This document shows positions 25,477 to 32,000 of a DNA stretch of 32,000 nucleotides, piece after piece. Each line of letters begins with the position of its first letter. Position 1 is the first letter of the stretch. The notes under the pieces are model-generated. The model had not been told where the DNA came from. It was given only the letters and a program-made list of their open reading frames with translations, and did no database searches. The position numbers and the translations under genes were made by a program. The stretch comes from Vibrio alginolyticus NBRC 15630 = ATCC 17749 (lineage in GTDB: Bacteria; Pseudomonadota; Gammaproteobacteria; Enterobacterales; Vibrionaceae), in the NCBI RefSeq assembly GCF_000354175.2, contig NC_022349.1:3000001-3032000 (forward strand), written 5' to 3'.

Positions 25477-27276
25477 CTAGTTAGATAGTGCATAGGGCTT
25501 TATGTCGAAGTCGAACGTAATGTTGTCCAATATAGGAGCTAATGCTGATGCGACATAAGCTTTACCATACCGTCCAAACGTTTCACTTCCGTCCCCATGA
25601 CCCACATAGGCTGCTGCATGACTGCGGGATACGCCTGATTGCTTCAGGGCGTTGATGAAAGTGTGCCTGAAAGAATGGTAAGCCTTATGTTCGTTCTTGG
25701 CGTTAGGCAGCACTTTGTCACGGAAGCGAGCAAACCATTTGGATGGTGCTTGTCCATACCCATCTCTTCCTCTCTTAAGCTCAGGAAAGACGCGCTCATG
25801 AGTGAGGTTCTGTGCGTAGTCAACGAACCCTAGTTCAATTAATTTAGGGTGCAGTGGAATAGTGCGAATTGAACTCATATTCTTGGTTTTCTGGTCTTCT
25901 TGAGTATTGGTGATGGTCATAGTCCAAAGTCCGCTCTCATCATCTCTACGAACGTCACATACATGCAACTGACACAACTCGTTGAGACGAGCACCTGTAT
26001 AAAGCCCTAGTACAGGTAGCCAGTAATAGTGTGGGTGTTTACTCTCACCTCCTTGGAAGTATGGATGCTGAAATAGGGTCTTTAAGTCAGACTCAGTGAA
26101 CGCGCTACGCTCATCAGATGCCTTTTTCTTGGTCTTTACTTTGAGTCCTTTAAAGGCATTCTTGGACGCGTACTCATTCAACACGCACCAGTCGAAGAAT
26201 GAGCTAACACCAGTCATTGTGTCATTTGCTGTGCTCACTGCCATCGGTGTCGGTTTGAGAGCAATGACATCATCAACAGGTAAGCCCTTAAAGCTCGACA
26301 CTTTGTTGAGGTTCGCTGGTAACTGCAAGAGTTTATCCTTGAACATCAAAGCATCAGCACGCTTGAGAGAGTCAATAGGACGGTCGCCCAAGATGTATAG
26401 CATGAGTCGCATACGAGCCTTGTAGCTTTCAAAGGTCTTGGGTTGCATGTTGTCTTTTTCTCTATCCTTGAGGTAAAGCTCTACGCATTCAGATAACAGC
26501 AAGCTTTGATGTTCGCTCTCCGTCGGAGCTTGCGTTCCCCTTAGCTCATGAAGGTAGGTATCAGACGCATTAGGTAACTCAAGACGCTCTGCCATCACAT
26601 CTGTGAGCTGAGTAGTTAATGAGGATAATCCTTGTATCGACTTTCTACAGCTCTCGGTGACAAGTTGTCTTTGAGTTTCAAATGGCTGCTCTACAAAGTA
26701 CTCGTAGTGCTCTGACTCCATCGCACCCTCAATGATACGCCATGAGCGCGAAAGCTTGGCGTCATACTCACTCAATCTATTTTCGGCAAGGTCGCACATT
26801 AGTTCGCATAAATCATCTCTCATTGCCTCAATACCCGTAAAGACGCTCTCACGCTCTTTTAGTGGCGCAGTAAAGACTTGTGCGTGTGGTAAGCTCTGAG
26901 CTCCTACTAGGTTGTCAGACGTCGCTTGAGTGATTTCTTTGTGTTGAGCTTGGCTAGCTTTGACGTCAACGAGCACTTCAAGTGGGTTACTTGCGTAGCC
27001 TTTAGGTTTGCTTGTCGTTGTTGCAAGAGTCTCATGCTGCGCAAATAGGACGTCATGCTCTACAGATAGCTGACGCGCTCTAACACGAGCCTCTGCGACA
27101 GACTTGGTGCGCAGTGAGATTTTGATGGACTTTTTGTTGCCAAAGAATGGCTGAGAGTGGGTTGGGATACGGCGTTGATAGTACCAGTTACCGTTTGCCC
27201 GTTGTGTCATGTGCAAAGTGTCATCTCCGTCCATATGTAGAACAGGATGTACCTCAATTTCTCTTTTCATAGGCAT
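25477..27276 (-). CDS. int: Tyrosine recombinase / phage-type integrase (large, about 599 aa; exact start uncertain)
   Basis: C-terminal catalytic signature TGARLNELCQL (Arg), YHSFRHTF (His-x-x-Arg), HAAAYVGH and FGRYGKAY (Tyr). N-terminal NGNWYYQRRIP-type arm-binding-like region. Lies directly inside attR next to ssrA. No candidate Met (27276, 27270, 27234, 27210) has a good Shine-Dalgarno. Confidence 0.85.
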   Translation of the reverse strand: MPMKREIEVHPVLHMDGDDTLHMTQRANGNWYYQRRIPTHSQPFFGNKKSIKISLRTKSVAEARVRARQLSVEHDVLFAQHETLATTTSKPKGYASNPLEVLVDVKASQAQHKEITQATSDNLVGAQSLPHAQVFTAPLKERESVFTGIEAMRDDLCELMCDLAENRLSEYDAKLSRSWRIIEGAMESEHYEYFVEQPFETQRQLVTESCRKSIQGLSSLTTQLTDVMAERLELPNASDTYLHELRGTQAPTESEHQSLLLSECVELYLKDREKDNMQPKTFESYKARMRLMLYILGDRPIDSLKRADALMFKDKLLQLPANLNKVSSFKGLPVDDVIALKPTPMAVSTANDTMTGVSSFFDWCVLNEYASKNAFKGLKVKTKKKASDERSAFTESDLKTLFQHPYFQGGESKHPHYYWLPVLGLYTGARLNELCQLHVCDVRRDDESGLWTMTITNTQEDQKTKNMSSIRTIPLHPKLIELGFVDYAQNLTHERVFPELKRGRDGYGQAPSKWFARFRDKVLPNAKNEHKAYHSFRHTFINALKQSGVSRSHAAAYVGHGDGSETFGRYGKAYVASALAPILDNITFDFDIKPYALSN

Positions 27277-27279
27277 GTA

Positions 27280-27311
27280 TAAAAAGAAAGCCCCTGAAAA
27301 ATCAGAGGCTT
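27280..27311 (-). terminator. Island-encoded hairpin that now terminates ssrA
   Basis: Minus strand: AAGCCTCTGA-TTTT-TCAGGGGCTT (one mismatch) followed by TCTTTTT, immediately 3' of the tmRNA CCA end. Confidence 0.6.
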
Positions 27312-27318
27312 ACATGAT

Positions 27319-27338
27319 GTTTGGTGGAGCTGGCGGGA
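27319..27338. repeat. attR: right copy of the 20-bp direct repeat, forming the 3' acceptor end of tmRNA
   Basis: GTTTGGTGGAGCTGGCGGGA is identical to 21312-21331. TGGTGGAGC... is the reverse complement of ...GCTCCACCA. Confidence 0.9.
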
Positions 27339-27689
27339 GTTGAACCCGCGTCCGAAAACCGTTCATCATTGGTACTACATGCTTAGTCGATCTTTAATTT
27401 CGCCACCCACCTGCGAACCGACACGCTAATGAATGACTAGCCTGAATTAAAATTCGCCGTTCATCTCTCAGGCGGGAGAATCCGGGCTAGCGCGTTTGGG
27501 TTTGATCCCTCGTTGATCCCCGTCTTACGTGCGGAAGCTAGGGCGAGAGAGCTCTTAGCAGGTTATTAAGCTGCTAGTGCGTAGTTTTCGTCGTTTGCGA
27601 CTATTTTTTTGCGGTTTGTTAACGAGGCCTACCGCACCTCGGCATGCACCTCAGACTTCTGAATTCCCGTCGAATCCTAAATCAGCCCC
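27322..27689 (-). ncRNA. ssrA: tmRNA (SsrA), 368 nt, encoding the tag peptide ANDENYALAA
   Basis: The minus strand starts GGGGCTGATTTAGGATTCGACGGGAATTC and ends ...GGTTCAACTCCCGCCAGCTCCACCA. The tag ORF GCAAACGACGAAAACTACGCACTAGCAGCTTAA lies at 27566-27598. It sits downstream of smpB, as in gamma-proteobacteria. Confidence 0.97.
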
Positions 27690-27755
27690 AGGTAATATTC
27701 GCATAGTAACAGAAAAGCATTGGCTGTCCAGTACTATGCGTTTAAGTGGTCAAGA

Positions 27756-28241
27756 TTAACGCAGCGCGCTCTTCATTACGCGTGCTTTTTCTCTTGCCCA
27801 GTCTTTTTCTTTTAGATCCGTACGTTTATCGTGCAGCTTTTTACCTTTTGCTACGCCAATTTTTAGTTTCACCCAAGAGCGAGACCAGTACAGTGAGAGG
27901 GCCGTTAATGTCATACCTTCACGGTTTACACGTCCGAATAGGTTATCCAGTTCACGACGACTCATTAGTAGTTTACGCACACGTATGGGATTCGCCACAA
28001 CGTGTGTCGATGCCTGATTTAAAGGAGTGATTGTCATGCCACTCACAAAGGCTTCACCGTCACGCATAAATACGTAACTTTCAGAAATATTGGCTTTACC
28101 TTGGCGAAGGGCTTTCACTTCCCAACCTTGGAGCTCCAAGCCAGCTTCGATTTCATCATCGATGAAATACTCGTGGCGAGCTTTTTTATTCAGCGCGATA
28201 GTATTGCTACCCGCTTTTTGTTTCATTTTTTTCTTTGCCAT
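27756..28241 (-). CDS. smpB: SsrA-binding protein
   Basis: 161 aa. [40 protein letters not shown]...[26 protein letters not shown] is canonical SmpB. Confidence 0.96.
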   Translation of the reverse strand: MAKKKMKQKAGSNTIALNKKARHEYFIDDEIEAGLELQGWEVKALRQGKANISESYVFMRDGEAFVSGMTITPLNQASTHVVANPIRVRKLLMSRRELDNLFGRVNREGMTLTALSLYWSRSWVKLKIGVAKGKKLHDKRTDLKEKDWAREKARVMKSALR

Positions 28242-28360
28242 AATAGCGTCATTATACGGGTTGGATATCGGATAGGAAATCCTTTTATTTGCGCAATCGT
28301 GGAATAAAAGTAAAATTGGCGAGTAGCTTTAAATCTGTACATGTATCGATAGGAGTATGT

Positions 28361-28804
28361 ATGAAGCAAGTCAGCCGTTCTGCGCTTGTGTCTTTTAGCG
28401 CCGAACAGATGTTCAATCTGGTTAATGATGTTGCTAAATACCCTGAATTTCTGCCTGGTTGCTCGGGCTCTAGAATCATTGAGTCTTCGGGGAATGGTAT
28501 GGTGGCTTCTGTCGATGTGGCGAAGGCTGGAATCAGCAAAACGTTTACGACTTCAAATGAGTTGATCCCCGGTCAGGCAATTATGATGAACTTGGTGGAT
28601 GGCCCGTTTAAGACGTTGCGTGGTGGTTGGATTTTTACCGCGCTAGATGAACAAGCTTGCAAGGTTGAACTAAAGCTTGAGTTTGAATTCTCAAGTAAAA
28701 TGATTGAGATGGCCTTCGGTAAGATTTTTAACGAGCTTACTAGTAATATGGTAAATGCATTTACTAAACGCGCAAAACAGGTCTACGAGTGTTATGAGTA
28801 TTGA
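28361..28804 (+). CDS. ratA: SRPBCC-family protein RatA/YfjG (ribosome-association / CoQ-binding family)
   Basis: [39 protein letters not shown] matches RatA. AGGAG Shine-Dalgarno before the ATG at 28361. Conserved divergent neighbour of smpB. Confidence 0.88.
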   Translation: MKQVSRSALVSFSAEQMFNLVNDVAKYPEFLPGCSGSRIIESSGNGMVASVDVAKAGISKTFTTSNELIPGQAIMMNLVDGPFKTLRGGWIFTALDEQACKVELKLEFEFSSKMIEMAFGKIFNELTSNMVNAFTKRAKQVYECYEY

Positions 28805-29153
28805 GTCAGATATGATTCACGTTGAGGTTGTCTATGCTCTTCCTCATGAACAGCGTGTATTTAACTTAGTGGTAAATAATCACGCAACGGTAGAAGAGAT
28901 CATTCGACAATCCGGTGTATTGGAGTTGTACCCTGAAATTGATTTGTCCAAGAACAAAGTGGGTGTGTTTAGTCGTAACGTGAAGTTAGATGCGACCGTT
29001 CGAGATCGAGATCGAATAGAGATTTATCGTCCGTTACTCGCCGATCCGAAAGAGATTCGCCGTAAACGGGCGGAGCAGGCTAAAGCCGAGGGGAGTGCAG
29101 ACCCAGTCACCGGTGGCAAGCCTAGTTCTGTACGTAAAAATAAGCAGGATTAA
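28794..29153 (+). CDS. rnfH: RnfH-family ubiquitin-like protein (YfjF)
   Basis: [54 protein letters not shown]...[21 protein letters not shown] is typical RnfH. It overlaps the ratA stop by 11 nt; the ATG at 28812 is an alternative start. Confidence 0.82.
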   Translation: MSIESDMIHVEVVYALPHEQRVFNLVVNNHATVEEIIRQSGVLELYPEIDLSKNKVGVFSRNVKLDATVRDRDRIEIYRPLLADPKEIRRKRAEQAKAEGSADPVTGGKPSSVRKNKQD

Positions 29154-29212
29154 TATAAACCCAATAGCTCATGTGAGTTACTCAAAGTTTGACTAACGTG
29201 ATTTCTATATAA

Positions 29213-29243
29213 TAAAAAACCTCCCAAACGGGAGGTTTTTTTG
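29213..29243. terminator. Bidirectional terminator between convergent rnfH and bamE
   Basis: AAAAAACCTCCC-AAAC-GGGAGGTTTTTTT. Confidence 0.85.
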
Positions 29244-29254
29244 CAAAAGTCAGT

Positions 29255-29614
29255 TTACTGAATTTGCTCGTAAAATGCGTCACTTTTTGGAAAGTCACCA
29301 CTGATGTCTGCGAGTGTGCCTTGGTCATTAAAGTTTACAATCAGATCTTTCTGTACTGGTTCGCCATGGCCAGGAGTATGATGATAGATGTAATACCAAG
29401 TGTTTGGATAGCCGTTTTCAATAAGCATTGGCGACCCTAATACGAAGCGAACCTGTGCTTTAGTCATCCCAAACTTTAATTTATCAACCGCACTTTGTTC
29501 TACATAGTTGCCTTGGTTGATATCAATACGATAAACCAGTCTTTCCAATACCGAACATCCTGTCAGCAATGTCATTGCTAATGGTACGGCAACTAACCAC
29601 TTCTTTAATTGCAT
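29255..29614 (-). CDS. bamE: Outer-membrane protein assembly factor BamE (SmpA/OmlA lipoprotein)
   Basis: Lipobox LLTGC in [21 protein letters not shown], then [37 protein letters not shown], the BamE signature. Confidence 0.9.
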   Translation of the reverse strand: MQLKKWLVAVPLAMTLLTGCSVLERLVYRIDINQGNYVEQSAVDKLKFGMTKAQVRFVLGSPMLIENGYPNTWYYIYHHTPGHGEPVQKDLIVNFNDQGTLADISGDFPKSDAFYEQIQ

Positions 29615-29856
29615 AATAATTTCTTAGTAACCTTTAAAATACTGCGCTGATAATAAACAAGCTCGACGCAGATGTAAAAAGCTATGCGTCGTATGGTAGA
29701 CAATCTGACAACGAATTTTGAGTTGAGTTGCATTTATTCACCGATATTAGGCGGTAAATGTCACCACATGACGTATTAGTTAGGTGACGAAGAGCAAATT
29801 TCAATCGGAAGTAGGGTGATGGACGCTTTCAGCGGTGAGCAAAGCCTAGTGACTCG

Positions 29857-30339
29857 TTAGTCGGTTTTGGCGAATTCGCGTAATGCATCACCTGAAAAAC
29901 GATAATACTCTTTTTCATGAATTAGTGTTGCACCAATTGAGCGGTAAAACTGACCTGCGGTAGGGTTACTACTTTCAGCTGTCCAGTCCAACCTTTGGCA
30001 TCCACACTTGATCGCCAAAGATGCCAGATACTTCATTAACTTGAGACCAACCCCTTTTCCTCGAACCTTCGAAGATACGAACAGATCTTTTAAGTACATC
30101 TGCCCTGAGAGTTTTGGGGCAGGGAACATGACGGTATAAGATGCAAAGCCTACGACGTCATCATTATCGTAAACCGCAATGATATTAACACCAGAATGTT
30201 CAGAGAAGACTTGGCTCTTTAGATAATGGACCAGATCGTGTTTTGATGAAGCTTTTTCTTTGAAGTAGTAATGTTCTAACTCAATAAAAATAGGGATGAG
30301 ATCTAAGCAGTTGGTTTTGTGTATTGCTCTGATATCCAT
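29857..30339 (-). CDS. GNAT-family N-acetyltransferase
   Basis: 160 aa with acetyl-CoA-binding motif A LFVSSKVRGKGVGLKLMKYL. Confidence 0.78.
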   Translation of the reverse strand: MDIRAIHKTNCLDLIPIFIELEHYYFKEKASSKHDLVHYLKSQVFSEHSGVNIIAVYDNDDVVGFASYTVMFPAPKLSGQMYLKDLFVSSKVRGKGVGLKLMKYLASLAIKCGCQRLDWTAESSNPTAGQFYRSIGATLIHEKEYYRFSGDALREFAKTD

Positions 30340-30360
30340 ATCTCATCCCTTGTCGATTTA

Positions 30361-32000
30361 TTAAGCGGCGATAAGCAGTTCTTTTGCGTTTGCCAACGTT
30401 GAGTCGGTTATTTGACTACCACCAAGTAAGCGAGCTAATTCTGCCACACGTTGTTGTTCATCTAATGCGTGCATTTGGGTTTCGGTTTGGCCTGCTTTGG
30501 TTTGCTTAGCAACAAACATTTGTTGATGGCCGCATCCGGCAACTTGAGGGAGGTGAGTGACACACAATACTTGAGTAGATTCGCCAAGCTTGCGTAGCAT
30601 TTTGCCCACTACGGCAGCTGTTGGGCCACTAATACCTACGTCCACTTCATCGAAGATTAAACTTGGTGTATCTACTTTCTGAGCGGTGATCACTTGGATA
30701 GCTAGAGAGATACGTGATAGCTCACCGCCTGACGCAACTTTTGCTATAGGTTGCAATGGTTGTCCCGGGTTGGTCGATACTAAGAAGCACACGCTGTCCA
30801 TGCCAAGCGGCGATGGGTGCGTGTTGTCATTGCTAACTTCGATACTGAATACTGCTTTCTCCATGCTCAATTCGTGCATGCTTTGTGTGATCAGTTTGTT
30901 CAGTTCTTTTGCGTAACGGCTGCGTGATTTGTGCAGTTTTTCTGCTTGTGTTAGAAAGCTTTGGTACTTGTGTTCTACTTCTTGAGCAAGTTCATCTAAA
31001 CGTTCATCGGAGCAATCTAACGCTTCTACTTGGGCCAGAAGATCTTGATGATGCTGGTAGAGTTCTTCTGGCATTACGTGGTGTTTACGAGCTACAGACA
31101 TCACTTTAGAAAAACGTTCTTCTACATAAGCCATACGAGCTGGATCAACATCGATGCCATCTAAGTAGCTGCGTAATTCATTCTTCGTTTCTTCAAGTTG
31201 AATCATCGCTTCTGACAGCATGTTAGGTAGCTCAGATAGCTTTTCATCTAATTCGGCTAATTGAATTAGGGAGTGATTGGCCGATTGCAAAATACCAAGC
31301 GCATTGACTTCTTCACCTTCGTAAATAAGTTCGATGGCTTGCTGACAGGTAGTGGCGAGTTCACCACTGTTGGATAGTCGTTTATGCTCTTGCTCGAGCT
31401 CTGCAAATTCTTCTTCACCTAGCGATAACTCATTCAGTTCTTTGATTTGGTATTCAAGCAACTGTTTTTGCGCCTGGTTTTGCTGGCTATTTTCTTTTAG
31501 CTGCTTGAGGTTATTATCCGCCTGACGCCAATGCTGGTAAGCACTTCGTGTGCTTTTTAGTAGGTTTAAATGCCCAGCATATTGGTCGAGCATGGCCATT
31601 TGGTGCTCACTTTTCATCAATTGATGATGAGCGTGCTGCCCATGGATATTGATAAGTAGCTGCCCTAGAGATTTGAGTTGTGATAGTGGAACAGGGCTGC
31701 CATTAATGAAGGCTCTTGAGCGGCCTTCTTTTGTGATAATACGACGCAAAATACACTCACTGCCATCTAGCAGATCGTTATCTTCTAACCAACGTGTTGC
31801 ATGTAAGTTGTTGTCCAATAAAAAAGCGGCGCTAACTTCGGTTTTCTCTTCACCTTGTCGCACCATGCCGGCATCGGCTCGTCCGCCTAAGCAGAGCCCT
31901 AAAGCATCGATAGCAATGGATTTACCCGCGCCTGTTTCACCTGTAATGGTGGTCATGCCCTTAGAAAGCTCGAGTTGTAAAGACTTAACAATCGCAAAGT
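30361..32000 (-). CDS. recN: DNA repair protein RecN (SMC-like ATPase); N-terminal ~25 codons lie beyond the right window edge
   Basis: Walker [21 protein letters not shown], long coiled-coil middle, ABC signature [15 protein letters not shown] and Walker [10 protein letters not shown]. The frame stays open to position 32000 (...[27 protein letters not shown]). Confidence 0.95.
   Translation of the reverse strand, partial: FAIVKSLQLELSKGMTTITGETGAGKSIAIDALGLCLGGRADAGMVRQGEEKTEVSAAFLLDNNLHATRWLEDNDLLDGSECILRRIITKEGRSRAFINGSPVPLSQLKSLGQLLINIHGQHAHHQLMKSEHQMAMLDQYAGHLNLLKSTRSAYQHWRQADNNLKQLKENSQQNQAQKQLLEYQIKELNELSLGEEEFAELEQEHKRLSNSGELATTCQQAIELIYEGEEVNALGILQSANHSLIQLAELDEKLSELPNMLSEAMIQLEETKNELRSYLDGIDVDPARMAYVEERFSKVMSVARKHHVMPEELYQHHQDLLAQVEALDCSDERLDELAQEVEHKYQSFLTQAEKLHKSRSRYAKELNKLITQSMHELSMEKAVFSIEVSNDNTHPSPLGMDSVCFLVSTNPGQPLQPIAKVASGGELSRISLAIQVITAQKVDTPSLIFDEVDVGISGPTAAVVGKMLRKLGESTQVLCVTHLPQVAGCGHQQMFVAKQTKAGQTETQMHALDEQQRVAELARLLGGSQITDSTLANAKELLIAA

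Larger units (their letters stand above)
21312..27338. mobile_element. About 6.0-kb integrative genomic island inserted in the 3' end of ssrA (tyrosine integrase, RNase HI, HTH protein, non-coding repeat region, serine recombinase, TM coiled-coil orphan)
   Basis: Perfect 20-bp direct repeats at both ends. The integrase lies immediately inside the ssrA-proximal end. The native terminator is displaced. Every gene is accessory-type. Confidence 0.85.

Noticed and set aside
27577-28030. Plus-strand ORFs of 60 aa and 94 aa
   Set aside because: The first lies antisense within the tmRNA gene and the second lies antisense to smpB. Both loci are fully explained by highly conserved genes.
28361-29153. 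ratA-rnfH as a mobile toxin-antitoxin module belonging to the island
   Set aside because: This overlapping pair is the conserved housekeeping neighbour of smpB-ssrA in gamma-proteobacteria. It lies outside the att repeats on the smpB side of ssrA, in core DNA.

Overview
Vibrio-type (Vibrionaceae, chromosome-1-like) DNA; taxonomy is inferred from gene content and order only. Positions 1-17.7 kb hold ordinary core and metabolic genes: guaA 3' end, an NhaC-type antiporter, a secreted GH19 chitinase, satP, an alanine/glycine:cation symporter, dadA, a LysR regulator, O-acetylhomoserine sulfhydrylase, a class-III aminotransferase + BKACE operon, a second NhaC-type transporter, DedA, a GNAT/nitrilase fusion and a second LysR regulator. 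Positions 27.3-32 kb hold the conserved ssrA(tmRNA)-smpB / ratA-rnfH / bamE / GNAT / recN block. Between them lies accessory DNA attached to the 3' end of ssrA. (i) A 6.0-kb integrative island (21312-27338) is bounded by a perfect 20-bp direct repeat of the tmRNA 3' end. It carries a large tyrosine integrase, RNase HI, an HTH protein, about 750 bp of repeat-rich non-coding DNA, a 66-aa ORF, a serine recombinase and a membrane-anchored coiled-coil orphan. It has no phage structural or conjugation genes. (ii) An older-looking, visibly AT-rich, integrase-less segment (about 18.7-21.3 kb) carries a translationally coupled secreted-protein/class-3-lipase pair that looks like a toxin/immunity module, plus about 800 bp of non-coding DNA. 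From memory, this content (integrase, RNase H1, resolvase and outer-membrane protein at tmRNA) resembles the ~10-kb VPaI-2 island of pandemic Vibrio parahaemolyticus; this needs a BLAST check. The best candidates for an undescribed system are the island cargo (TM coiled-coil protein plus serine recombinase with a poly-C/operator-rich intergenic region), the RNase HI/HTH/non-coding repeat module, and the lipase pair. All functions are inferred from motifs read by eye; no searches were run.
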